A DNA stretch of 63,025 nt, the filler included, from Stramenopiles sp. TOSAG23-6 (taxonomy: Eukaryota): assembly GCA_900128565.1 (NCBI GenBank). It is 11 parts of 11 records of this genome, joined end to end, with 100 filler letters (N's around TTAATTAATTAA, not from the genome) between each part and the next. Parts side by side here need not be neighbours in the genome. Positions count along the whole stretch, not along the records: positions 12,445 to 18,565 come from LT636780.1; positions 18,666 to 24,785 come from LT636781.1; positions 24,886 to 31,003 come from LT636782.1; 8 more parts are not named here. One strand, given 5' to 3'. The notes beneath the pieces are model-generated. The model had not been told where the DNA came from and made no database searches. It saw only the letters and a list, made by a program, of their open reading frames with translations. A program made the translations under genes and the position numbers. Positions 14,017 through 26,109 of the stretch are shown one piece after another. The number at the start of each line of letters is the position of its first letter. Position 1 is the first letter of the stretch.

Positions 14017-14682
14017 TTATACTCGGTTCCCCGTTTGAAAAGAACGCGAAGTAGGTTGTTGAATCGTACCCATTTTCTTGTGATCTTTGAATTTCGTTTG
14101 TAGCTTTTTGTTAACGTTTCGAGGATGATCAACTTGAGTTTTCATTGATTTTGTTTTTGCCTTGAAATCACTTTTTGATAAATACACTTGTTTCTGATTC
14201 TGGATAACCAATTCATCACTATTGTCTAGATCATGTTTCTTTGAGGTAGATCCATTCAATTTCAAGTCACCATTTGAGCTGTAGTGTAGGACAATGTAGA
14301 GTCAAAACGAATATAGATGAGATGATAGGATAATAAAGATACACAAAATGGGAAGAGTGATAAAGAGTGACACGTGTAAACAGGTATACTTGTAAAAAGT
14401 TAATACGAAATCAACTCCGGGATATATAAATGAGTGTTTTAATGTCTGGGGAATGAGGGAATAAATCATCAACTTTACATTCTTGAGAAGTTTTTGATAG
14501 TGGAGATTTTTCAAATGAATGAAATGAAAAAAAAAAAAAAGACGAAAAAAAAAAGTTGTTATTTTTACTTACTCTTTACTTTCAGATTCAGCACGATGCT
14601 TCTTATAGTGTGCTGACATCCTTGGACTTTTTACTCGGCGTCCACCAACTTTTGTAGCTTTGTTCTGCTTTGGTGCATTCAT
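14017..14682 (-). CDS. Small DAP1-like protein, 2 exons (14682-14573, 14278-14017)
   Basis: N-terminal ATKVGGRRV and C-terminal IQQP resemble death-associated protein 1; joined by a canonical GTAAGT...CAG intron (14279-14572). Confidence 0.5.
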
Positions 14683-14976
14683 TGTAGTTATAAAGTACTT
14701 TTCAATCTCAAAAAAGATTTAGGATTTTTACTGACCAGTACGGGTAGCTACGTTCATTCATGATCTAGATCGTTTGACTGGAGTTTTTCTGTTCGGCGAT
14801 ATTTCAACGAAAATGAAACCGAAAAACGCAGAGAAAAAGCCGGAAAGCAATCAAAAAGTAGAAAAACGAGAACTACCTACAGCTAGTTTTGTAAAAAGAT
14901 ATCATATATCTTTTTAGATCTTTTTATATATTGACAGCCTAATTTGAAAATCGACTTTTATTGAATATTAAGCAAT

Positions 14977-15904
14977 ATGTCTGAATTGGATACATATCCT
15001 AATCAAATACATTTGCCTGCAGATCCAATAGAACAGGTTTGTTTGCTGTACGCTGTCGGTGGATTTTTCACCATTAAAGATGCCAAAACTGTATGTAAAA
15101 AGAGCAACAATTTCTTATTCTTTTTTCATTCTTTGTATCAACTATATGTAAACCAAATACGTTTCTTTTTTACTTACTATAGTATGATCAATTAGTAGAT
15201 TGTACTAAATAGTATATTCTATAGTCTGTGTAAATATATAAATGAAACAGACGAAAGAAAGTGTTTTCGAATTTTGTCTTGATTTTTTTACATTTTTTTT
15301 TCCGTACGAAATTTTGTACCTAACGATTTTTTTTGTCTTTTTTTTTTTTAAAGTCCACCATGAGTTTTTTTTGTCTATTTTATCAGTATACAATATACTA
15401 ATACTATAATCTATATATTGAGCTATTCTATGTATTACATGCAATTCGTGTACGTCAATATTCACTTTAATTTCGTTTTTTTTTCATACGAAATTTCATT
15501 AAATTTTTTTTTTTTTTTACCTAACAAAAAAAATATCTTTATTTATCCAAATTATACATGCGCTATTTGAAGTAGGTGGCTTCCCCACTGAATTAGAACT
15601 AAAAGATTTCGTAATATCAAAATCCAAAGATGGAAAAATATCAGTTAACGATTTCATGATAGAGATGAAAAGAAGGCAGAAGAAATGTATTTCTGCAGAA
15701 AATTATTTAAAAAAAAATATTTTTGAAGAATTTTCAAAATTTGGAATTTCCAATGGAGAAAAAATTGAAGATATTTTGAAATGTTTGGCTGACAAATTAT
15801 TTACTGAGGAAGTAGAAGATTGGAAAAAACTCAGTGGTATTGGATTAAAAGGGCGTATAGATCCGACTCGTATTTGGAATGATACTATTGAATTTACAAA
15901 GTGA
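14977..15904 (+). CDS. Divergent calmodulin/myosin-light-chain-like EF-hand protein, 3 exons
   Basis: GFFTIKDAKT|VLHAI and FPTELELKDF...DGKISVNDF align to calmodulin. Exons 14977-15090, 15432-15449, 15560-15904; second junction ambiguous. Confidence 0.6.
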
Positions 15905-16060
15905 TGCATTAGGGTTAGGGTTAGATGTACAAAAACACTACAGAAAAAAATAAAAATTAAGTTTGTATAATTGTATTTTTATTTTCATTGAAAAATTACA
16001 ATACAACCATTTGAAAGTTGAAATAAGAAATATACTCTACATGATATTTAAATTTTCGAA

Positions 16061-16570
16061 TCACTTCCGACGTTGGATCACTGCCAACATCTTTTTTAAA
16101 CTAGCTGCTGTTGATGATCGGGGAATAAGTGGTGGTTCTATTCCTCTAGCACTGTACGCTGCGTAAATTTTTCCTTTTAACTCTTCAATCTGTCTTGTTG
16201 CACTCGCTTTCTGTGCATTTTCAAGTGATCCATGATTCGCAGCTTGGCGTGAAAGTGCGGCTTTTGCTGCTGCCTCGCTACTTCCAGAGGCAGATGTTCC
16301 CCCATATTTCGTGGTGTTTAGATTGACTGTATTGCCTACAGGCTTCCCCCCCCCTATATTGTTTGTACCTTTTCTATTTCGCGCTGCCGTAGACCTTGAT
16401 TGTCGACCACCAGCACGCATCATTGCAGCTTCGGCTGCTGAACTAACGTTGCCCTCACCACCGAGTTTGCGTCCATTTTTACCAGTACCAAAGTTTGTTT
16501 GAGGACCTGTTTGATGAAAATTGTTTTCAGGTTCATCGTCGTCGTAGTGACCACAACAACAAAGTCCCAT
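16061..16570 (-). CDS. N-acylated small protein, possible SVIP-like p97/VCP cofactor
   Basis: MGLCCCG acylation start, GRKLGG and two AAxAAxxR motifs. Confidence 0.5.
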   Translation of the reverse strand: MGLCCCGHYDDDEPENNFHQTGPQTNFGTGKNGRKLGGEGNVSSAAEAAMMRAGGRQSRSTAARNRKGTNNIGGGKPVGNTVNLNTTKYGGTSASGSSEAAAKAALSRQAANHGSLENAQKASATRQIEELKGKIYAAYSARGIEPPLIPRSSTAASLKKMLAVIQRRK

Positions 16571-16977
16571 GTCCTATTTGAAAGCTATTAAAATACCAAA
16601 AATCCAAATTGACTATAAATTGGAAAAGGAAGAATCTGGCTAGAAGAGTATTGTTGATTTCAAAAGGATATATTTGAAATTCTTTTTTTTTATATACTAT
16701 ATCGATAAAGTAAAAAAAGGGAAGGAGGAGATGAAGATTTTTCATAAAAAATTTACTCGGTTCATGACAGTTTCGTTACTAGGGTTAGGGTTTGAACAAT
16801 CCTGTACTGGTACAGTAGAGTAGCTACTAGGGTTAGGGGTTTTGAAACACTGGTCGATCATTTTGTACTTCGTTCGTCGACACAAAAAGACAATTCTTTC
16901 CCATTTCTTTGACAGTTTTTTTGTAAAAAAACAATTCACCATTAAAGAACAAAACAAAACTTGTTTTTTTTTGTAGC

Positions 16978-18435
16978 ATGAAGTTTACTGCCCAACATGG
17001 TTGCGTTATTACATGTTTGTTTGCAGTTTTTGTATATAGTGGATGCATTTTCGGATGGTCTTCGGTAGAACAAATGTTAATTCAGTTAAATGTCTTTGAC
17101 GAGAAAAAATGTATTTCTTTAAAAACCTCAGATATGTGTGAGAAACCACAATACAGCTGTACATGGAATAAAGATTCTAGTATTTGCTTAGCACCAAGAC
17201 AATCATCTAATTTAGCTTTAATCTTTGCCGTTGCTGCCTTCTGTCAAAGTGGTCCTGCTTTACCTGCTGGAATGTTTCTTGACTATTTTGGACCAAAAAC
17301 ATTGATTTTGATAGCTGGTTGTTTATCAGCAAGTGGTTTCTGCATCGTTGGTTATGCTTCTTCACTTGAGTCTTTATATATGTTTGTTGCTGGGTTTAGT
17401 GCAATTGCAATAGGTGGAATGAGTTTCTTCTTTTGTTGTTTCATAGCATGCAGTTTTTTTCCAAAACAACAAAATGGATTACTCAGTACTACATCTGTAC
17501 TATTTGATGCAAGTACTATTACTTTTGTTATAGTCGCTCTCACAAAACCAAACACCAAAGATTCATTCTATACTGCAATGTTTTTTATGGCAGGTTTAGC
17601 ATTATCTTTATCCATAATAGGTTGTATTTGTTTTGGTCAATCCAATATTCCATGGAAAATTCCATCAAAAAAAAAAAAAAAAAAAAAAACTTTACTAGAC
17701 AATGATGGCTTAATAAGTCATCCTTCCTCTCTTGTCGATATTAATGAAGATGTTGAATGTTCAGTATATGTATCTCCAAATGCTTCTAATAGTACTCCAT
17801 ATGCTTCTTCTGAATATTCACTTGGACATCATCCTCCAAAAATTGACAGTATCTCAATAAGTACACTACCTGTACGTCAACCCTAACCCTAACCCTAACC
17901 CTACTAGTGTCACCTCAATTTTGAATTTTTTTTTTTTTTTTGGTATGAAATTTTGTACCTAACAAAAAATTAAAAATATATATATTTTTTCACAACACTT
18001 GTACGTCAACAGATACAATCAGCAGAATATATATTTATTCTTTTCTTTACTATGATTCATATGACACATAGTAATGTTTTTCTCGGTACTTTTGCGACAC
18101 AATTCAAACAAGTAGGAGATCATGTAAGTGTATCAATGTATCATTATGAATACTATATTATTTTTTTTTTTTTCGAATATTTTTTTTTTCGAATATTTTT
18201 TTTAAATTTTTTTTTCGTATGAAAATTTGTACCTAACGAAAAAAAAAAAAAAAATCAAAAAAAAAATATATTTTTTCATATTAAATAATGGAATGTATAC
18301 AAAAATATGTGCATTACTCATTCCTGCTGGTGTTATTTTTATTCCTTTTATTGAGAGAATTCTGTCACGCTTAGGGTTCGGTGTTGCCATTACAATCGTA
18401 AATATTTTAGCAATATTGATTCCGCTACTACTTGT
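16978..18435 (+). CDS. MFS transporter (SLC43/FMP42-like), 3'-partial
   Basis: SGCIFGWSS, GMFLDYFGPK, STTSVLFDAS and multiple TM helices. Exons 16978-17871, 18001-18123, 18287-18435. Confidence 0.8.
17872..18000 (+). mobile_element. Introner-like intron, probably GT...TT, with telomeric repeats and an 11-bp flanking direct repeat
   Basis: TGTACGTCAAC at both junctions, (AACCCT)4 next to the donor, family core motif present. Confidence 0.75.
18124..18286 (+). mobile_element. Introner-like intron, GT...AT, about 163 nt
   Basis: AT|GTAAGT...GTACCTAAC...TTCATATTAAAT| joins GDH to NGMYTKIC; no AG between branch site and exon. Confidence 0.75.
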
Positions 18436-18665
18436 GTAGGTTAAAAAAACTTTTTTTTTTTTCTTTTTTTTTCGTAGATAATTTTGTACCTAACGAAAAT
18501 AATTTCTACAAAAAAAAAAAAAAAAAAAAAAAATTAACTTTAAAATTTTTACCTAAAAAAAAAAANNNNNNNNNNNNNNNNNNNNNNNNNNNNNNNNNNN
18601 NNNNNNNNNTTAATTAATTAANNNNNNNNNNNNNNNNNNNNNNNNNNNNNNNNNNNNNNNNNNNN

Positions 18666-19626
18666 TGCATATGGCTTCATAGGTGATTATCATTACACAA
18701 TATCAGCACAAAGTATTTTGGGAAACATTCATGTGCATCAGGCTCATGCAGGTGCGGTGGATCATGATGATATTACTGATACTGATTATGGGCAAGACTA
18801 TGATGAAGGAAAAAAAAAAGGCTCATATTTTAGTATGAAATATAATGGAATTCTTATACAGTTTAGTGTAGTTGGTGAGTCTGGATCATACAATTATGAT
18901 GCTTGTATAGCTACTATTGTTGGTACTATGAGTTTGCTTGTTCTTGGTTCCATATTTCTAGATTTTTTAGCTTTCGTAGTTTTGGGAAAATGGACAGATG
19001 GTGGTCGAGTAAAACAAATTCACAGAATTGACGGTGAGCATTTCCTAAAAGTTAAGATTATTCAAGTGAATGGTATTTCAAAAGATATTTCAGATGATAT
19101 GATGTATGATTACACTGTAAAGCTTGAATGTAACCATCAAATGTTTATAACACCTATGATAGATCCAAACTCTGTGAATTTAAATGCCAGGGTATATGAA
19201 TTTGAATATGATACACTGGGTATGCCAAATCAAAATCTTACAATATCTTTATTAAAACTTGAAAAGGGAAAAGATTCCGACGCCCTAAATGGTTATGTAA
19301 TATCATATAAAGATGTCAATCTTGTCAAGGTACAAAATGATGTAGGAGAATATTTAAAATATGGAAGGCGGTTAGATGAAATGAATGTATGGGTAGATTT
19401 GAATGTTGGTGGGTCATATGAAGAACAACAAATAAGAAAACATAAAATTAATTTATGTTTAAGTCTACACAAAAAGAAAAAGAAAAAGGAGTTTTATAAA
19501 CCTCCAAAAGAAGAAAAGGAAACAGAAATGATCCTGAGTAGTACAAAAGCGTGTGAAGTAGCATATGATGAAAAAGAAAGAAAAATGTCTCAAACAAAAA
19601 ATCCAATTTCTGTTTTATTCAAATGA
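18666..19626 (+). CDS. P2X-receptor-like channel C-terminal half followed by a C2-like domain, 5'-partial
   Basis: KYNGILIQFSVVGESGSYNY...IVGTMSLLVLGSIFLDFL resembles P2X KxYGIRFxxxVxGxAGKF...TM2; then FLKVKIIQVNGI...FEF...LTISL. Confidence 0.6.
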
Positions 19627-19950
19627 CAGGAAGGATAGCCTCTTCATGAAGATCTCAAGCCATTCTCAGGGCCAAAATACGATGAAAAAAAATCGTCGTT
19701 TTTTCCGTCGATTTCGATTTCGATCCTTGGTGTTCCCAAATATTCCCCAAATATAACAAAAGAATCATATTATATAACAAAATAAAAAAATAAATATTTT
19801 GATTTTTTTTTTTTTTTGGAATTTTCAATTTTGTGATTTTTTTTTTTTGACCGCTTTTTGACCCTTGCCGAAGATGCCGAAGATTAACTGGACAACTATA
19901 AATGTCCTGTACTACTAGTGGAATCTTAATATCATTCTTAATTCAAAGAA

Positions 19951-21234
19951 ATGTCTACAAAGAATGTCGAAGCATTGCATGAACACTATCTATATCGACA
20001 ACATCATACAATTTCGCATCACAGACGTTTAGAACTTTTGGCTTTGCTACACTGGCATAAAGAAAATGGTGCAAATCCTGCTGATCTCATGGGCCTCAAA
20101 TGCCTAACGAATCGTGAACGTGAAGCTCTTCGACAAAGTGCAATACATTCTTGTCAATTGGATAATACACATTTTCAACACGCAACTAATGATGGTGTTT
20201 CATTAGTTGATGTAGATTTTTTAAAAAAGCGAATTCCATTTCTATTTACAAAACAAAAACGTTCTACTTCAAAAATAAACAAGTCATTGAAAAAGACAGA
20301 AAAAACGAGTCTTTCAGAGTATGTTGCAACATCAACAAACGTAACAAAACAACCAAAACAACCCAAAGAAATACTAAACATGGCAACAAAACAACACATT
20401 TATAAACCTGTCGAAACGATACAAAAAAGCGACGTACGTTTAGAAAATAATTCGGATTCTGTAGCAAATGGCTCTCTCTCAAATTCTGTACAAAATGGCT
20501 CTCTCTCGAATTCGGCACAACACGGTTTGACTGTTTTACATAATATCGAGAATAATAGTAACAAAAACAATCCCAATGGTCACAGTATACCTACTTTTCC
20601 AAAGTCAACAACTCAATGTAATACAATGAACAATGTACAAAGTAGTTCAAACTGTATTAAAAATAACCCTAACCCTAATACAATGAACAATGTACAAAGT
20701 AGTTCAAACTGTATTAAAAATAATAATAATTACAAACATCATTATAAAAAACAATTCAACAACAACTACAAGAATAATTACATGAATAAGAATCAATTCA
20801 ATAACAATAATAATAATAATCATAACTCAATCAATAATAATAATAATAATACTAATAATCATTATTTAAACAAACAATTCAATAATAATAATAATAATAA
20901 TAATAATAGTCATTATTTTAACAAACAATTCAATAATAATAACAATAATAATAACAACAATAATAACAAACAATTCAATAATAATTACAATAATAAAAAT
21001 AACAAACAATTCAATAATAATTACAATAATAACAATAACAATAAAAATAACAATAATAACAATAACAATAAAAATAACAATAATAACAATAACAATAATA
21101 ACAATAACAATAATAATGATAATTTTACTTTTCAAACAGCATCAAACGTATTACGTACCCAAGATAGACACAAAGTCGGACGAAAAAAAAAGAATTCTTA
21201 TAATAACAATAATAACAATAATAACAATAATAAC

Positions 21235-21269
<35 letters not shown>

Positions 21270-21589
21270 TAATTTCATAGGCAACCAGCGTCAAGGAAGA
21301 AATTCTTCGGGTCTCTACCAAAATAGAATGAATATATGTTTCCATCATTTTTTAATTTAATTTTTTTTTCATAGGAAATTTTGTACCTAACAAAAAAAAT
21401 TCAAAAATTCAAAATGTTTGAAATATTTTTACAAAATAAATGGATGTAAAAGAAAATTCAAACCACCTGGATCTATAGCGAATAATAGGGAACAATGTTC
21501 TCGTCAAACAACACGAAATCGAAATGCTGGACATAAACGTAACGCTCCTAAGCAAGGTTTATCTGGAAAAAAAGGCAATGTAATCTAAA
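19951..21589 (+). CDS. Asn-rich protein, possible fidgetin-like-1 N-terminal region, truncated at the fold-back
   Basis: FQTASNVL (FxxA) and, after intron 21334-21441, KRKFKPP; no AAA domain in the window. Confidence 0.45.
21334..21441 (+). mobile_element. Introner-like intron, probably AT...AT, 108 nt
   Basis: ATATGT in place of GTATGT; core motif and ACAAAATAAAT end align with the family; in-frame join MN-GCKRKFKPP. Confidence 0.65.
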
Positions 21590-21861
21590 TCTTTCAAAAG
21601 ACAAAAAATATTTTTTTTGAAAAAAAAAAAATTTCAAAACATCAAAACATCAAAAATTAAAAATATTTTTTTTTTTTTTTTTTTTTTTTTTTACCAAACA
21701 TTGTACCAAAAAATTTTTTTTTTTTAAAAAAAAAAAATTTTTTGGTACAATGTTTGGTAAAAAAAAAAAAAAAAAAAAAAAAAAATATTTTTAATTTTTG
21801 ATGTTTTGATGTTTTGAAATTTTTTTTTTTTCAAAAAAAATATTTTTTGTCTTTTGAAAGA

Positions 21862-22181
21862 TTTAGATTACATTGCCTTTTTTTCCAGATAAACCTTGCT
21901 TAGGAGCGTTACGTTTATGTCCAGCATTTCGATTTCGTGTTGTTTGACGAGAACATTGTTCCCTATTATTCGCTATAGATCCAGGTGGTTTGAATTTTCT
22001 TTTACATCCATTTATTTTGTAAAAATATTTCAAACATTTTGAATTTTTGAATTTTTTTTGTTAGGTACAAAATTTCCTATGAAAAAAAAATTAAATTAAA
22101 AAATGATGGAAACATATATTCATTCTATTTTGGTAGAGACCCGAAGAATTTCTTCCTTGACGCTGGTTGCCTATGAAATTA

Positions 22182-22216
<35 letters not shown>

Positions 22217-23500
22217 GTTATTATTGTTATTATTGTTATTATTGTTATTATAAGAATTCTTTTTTTTTCGTCCGACTTTGTGTCTATCTTGGGTACGTAA
22301 TACGTTTGATGCTGTTTGAAAAGTAAAATTATCATTATTATTGTTATTGTTATTATTGTTATTGTTATTATTGTTATTTTTATTGTTATTGTTATTATTG
22401 TTATTTTTATTGTTATTGTTATTATTGTAATTATTATTGAATTGTTTGTTATTTTTATTATTGTAATTATTATTGAATTGTTTGTTATTATTGTTGTTAT
22501 TATTATTGTTATTATTATTGAATTGTTTGTTAAAATAATGACTATTATTATTATTATTATTATTATTATTGAATTGTTTGTTTAAATAATGATTATTAGT
22601 ATTATTATTATTATTATTGATTGAGTTATGATTATTATTATTATTGTTATTGAATTGATTCTTATTCATGTAATTATTCTTGTAGTTGTTGTTGAATTGT
22701 TTTTTATAATGATGTTTGTAATTATTATTATTTTTAATACAGTTTGAACTACTTTGTACATTGTTCATTGTATTAGGGTTAGGGTTATTTTTAATACAGT
22801 TTGAACTACTTTGTACATTGTTCATTGTATTACATTGAGTTGTTGACTTTGGAAAAGTAGGTATACTGTGACCATTGGGATTGTTTTTGTTACTATTATT
22901 CTCGATATTATGTAAAACAGTCAAACCGTGTTGTGCCGAATTCGAGAGAGAGCCATTTTGTACAGAATTTGAGAGAGAGCCATTTGCTACAGAATCCGAA
23001 TTATTTTCTAAACGTACGTCGCTTTTTTGTATCGTTTCGACAGGTTTATAAATGTGTTGTTTTGTTGCCATGTTTAGTATTTCTTTGGGTTGTTTTGGTT
23101 GTTTTGTTACGTTTGTTGATGTTGCAACATACTCTGAAAGACTCGTTTTTTCTGTCTTTTTCAATGACTTGTTTATTTTTGAAGTAGAACGTTTTTGTTT
23201 TGTAAATAGAAATGGAATTCGCTTTTTTAAAAAATCTACATCAACTAATGAAACACCATCATTAGTTGCGTGTTGAAAATGTGTATTATCCAATTGACAA
23301 GAATGTATTGCACTTTGTCGAAGAGCTTCACGTTCACGATTCGTTAGGCATTTGAGGCCCATGAGATCAGCAGGATTTGCACCATTTTCTTTATGCCAGT
23401 GTAGCAAAGCCAAAAGTTCTAAACGTCTGTGATGCGAAATTGTATGATGTTGTCGATATAGATAGTGTTCATGCAATGCTTCGACATTCTTTGTAGACAT
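21862..23500 (-). CDS. Mirror copy of the Asn-rich gene
   Basis: Reverse complement of 19951-21589. Confidence 0.45.
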
Positions 23501-23824
23501 TTCTTTGAATTAAGAATGATATTAAGATTCCACTAGTAGTACAGGACATTTATAGTTGTCCAGTTAATCTTCGGCATCTTCGGCAAGGGTCAAAAAGCGG
23601 TCAAAAAAAAAAAATCACAAAATTGAAAATTCCAAAAAAAAAAAAAAATCAAAATATTTATTTTTTTATTTTGTTATATAATATGATTCTTTTGTTATAT
23701 TTGGGGAATATTTGGGAACACCAAGGATCGAAATCGAAATCGACGGAAAAAACGACGATTTTTTTTCATCGTATTTTGGCCCTGAGAATGGCTTGAGATC
23801 TTCATGAAGAGGCTATCCTTCCTG

Positions 23825-24785
23825 TCATTTGAATAAAACAGAAATTGGATTTTTTGTTTGAGACATTTTTCTTTCTTTTTCATCATATGCTACTTCACAC
23901 GCTTTTGTACTACTCAGGATCATTTCTGTTTCCTTTTCTTCTTTTGGAGGTTTATAAAACTCCTTTTTCTTTTTCTTTTTGTGTAGACTTANACATAAAT
24001 TAATTTTATGTTTTNTNATTTGTTGTTCTTCATATGACCCACCAACATTCAAATCTACCCATACATTCATTTCATCTAACCGCCTTCCATATTTTAAATA
24101 TTCTCCTACATCATTTTGTACCTTGACAAGATTGACATCTTTATATGATATTACATAACCATTTAGGGCGTCGGAATCTTTTCCCTTTTCAAGTTTTAAT
24201 AAAGATATTGTAAGATTTTGATTTGGCATACCCAGTGTATCATATTCAAATTCATATACCCTGGCATTTAAATTCACAGAGTTTGGATCTATCATAGGTG
24301 TTATAAACATTTGATGGTTACATTCAAGCTTTACAGTGTAATCATACATCATATCATCTGAAATATCTTTTGAAATACCATTCACTTGAATAATCTTAAC
24401 TTTTAGGAAATGCTCACCGTCAATTCTGTGAATTTGTTTTACTCGACCACCATCTGTCCATTTTCCCAAAACTACGAAAGCTAAAAAATCTAGAAATATG
24501 GAACCAAGAACAAGCAAACTCATAGTACCAACAATAGTAGCTATACAAGCATCATAATTGTATGATCCAGACTCACCAACTACACTAAACTGTATAAGAA
24601 TTCCATTATATTTCATACTAAAATATGAGCCTTTTTTTTTTCCTTCATCATAGTCTTGCCCATAATCAGTATCAGTAATATCATCATGATCCACCGCACC
24701 TGCATGAGCCTGATGCACATGAATGTTTCCCAAAATACTTTGTGCTGATATTGTGTAATGATAATCACCTATGAAGCCATATGCA
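23825..24785 (-). CDS. Mirror copy of the P2X-like/C2 gene
   Basis: Reverse complement of 18666-19626. Confidence 0.55.
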
Positions 24786-24956
24786 NNNNNNNNNNNNNNN
24801 NNNNNNNNNNNNNNNNNNNNNNNNNNNNNTTAATTAATTAANNNNNNNNNNNNNNNNNNNNNNNNNNNNNNNNNNNNNNNNNNNNATTTTTTTCGTACGA
24901 AATTTTGTACCTAACAAATTTTAAAAAAAAATTTGAAATATTTTTCCAAAATACAT

Positions 24957-25901
24957 GAAGGCTGGATTGAATCAGCACTAGAGTTGAGAAAAGTTGTTTT
25001 CACTGCAAAGATGGGATTTTTGCAAGAAACAAATTCACATGAAACTGCCTGTGCTGCACGAAATATCGCATATACTTTACGTCGATTCAATGATCCAAAA
25101 AAACTTCTACAATCCGTAGAGTTATCTAAAAAGGCACTCTTGATTGATTCGATATTATTTGGTGAAAGTAGTGAGCGATTTTTTACTGCACTTAGTTCAC
25201 TTGCAATATTTCAATTTGAATCAGAAGAGTGTGATGCAGAAAAGTCGTATCGGTCTTTGTTGAAATTTCGACAGAAACAATTGGAAAATTTTTATTCCGT
25301 AGCTCAAGGAACAGAATATAATAGCAAAATATTGGATACAAAAAAGACGAAACTTCATATGAATGATATCTTACAACATGGTACTATAAAACATATAAAA
25401 AAGTTAATGCTAATGAAGCTTAGATTAAGTGGTAGTTTACTAGACCTAAGTCTTGTTTTATTTTCAAAAGGTAAAATCGAGGCTTCTGAATTCTATATTA
25501 TGGACGCATCTACAATAAGAAATGAGGTGTGTCATTATTGGAATAAGGGTGGCACTCAACAAATTCGAAATTCGTTAGATATGAAATTGGGTAGAAAAAC
25601 CAATGCAATTTCAAATATGCACACTGAAACGATTCACACTACTTTTGACTTTTGTACTGATAAGACAGCTGGAAATCTAAATGATATTCCAATTTCTGTC
25701 GTAAAAGGACTAAAAGATCCTGAAGCATGTGTAAAGCCATATATAAATGGTTCAATGACAGAACTGACTGCATATGTAAGAAAAGTTGGGAGATTCCGTC
25801 AAACACCTATTCGTATTAGGTTAACACATGATAGATTATTACTTTATTGGAATACAATGTGGATGAGTATGTTGAAAAGTTCAGAAGAACAAATTGTGTA
25901 G
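24957..25901 (+). CDS. TPR-like helical protein, last exon
   Basis: SALELRKVVF...HETACAARNIA, kinesin-light-chain-like TPR pattern; follows an intron tail ending CAT at 24956. Confidence 0.55.
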   Translation, partial: EGWIESALELRKVVFTAKMGFLQETNSHETACAARNIAYTLRRFNDPKKLLQSVELSKKALLIDSILFGESSERFFTALSSLAIFQFESEECDAEKSYRSLLKFRQKQLENFYSVAQGTEYNSKILDTKKTKLHMNDILQHGTIKHIKKLMLMKLRLSGSLLDLSLVLFSKGKIEASEFYIMDASTIRNEVCHYWNKGGTQQIRNSLDMKLGRKTNAISNMHTETIHTTFDFCTDKTAGNLNDIPISVVKGLKDPEACVKPYINGSMTELTAYVRKVGRFRQTPIRIRLTHDRLLLYWNTMWMSMLKSSEEQIV

Positions 25902-26109
25902 TAAATACTAAATAAATACTCATATTTTTATGATATAAAAAAGATTTATTTTTTTTTTGAAAGTATATTTCACTATTTAGGATTTTAGGATTTTAGGATT
26001 TTTGGATTTCTGTTGTAACAGACTCCGAGACCTTATTCATTAAGAAATAACCTAAAGAGATATTCTTCTAATCAGTACTAGTCAATATAGACTTACGATT
26101 TGATTGATA

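Larger units (their letters stand above)
18666..24785. repeat. Whole-contig inverted duplication centred at 21725/21726
   Basis: Mirror ORFs with coordinates summing to 43451; no spacer at the centre. Confidence 0.97.

Noticed and set aside
20866-22585. Ile/Val-rich hydrophobic ORFs (also 1235-1489 and 56641-57027)
   Set aside because: Antisense shadows of poly-Asn, poly-Gln and poly-Asp codons.
18666-24785. 6-kb perfect palindrome as a hairpin end or palindromic amplicon
   Set aside because: It spans exactly one contig, folds in a T/A homopolymer and truncates a gene; typical of amplification or assembly fold-back. Not formally excluded without reads.
24933-24956. Shared N-terminal peptides MKYFSKIH / MYLT / NFVPN in many ORFs as a targeting signal
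   Set aside because: They are translations of the conserved intron 3' end and branch motif.
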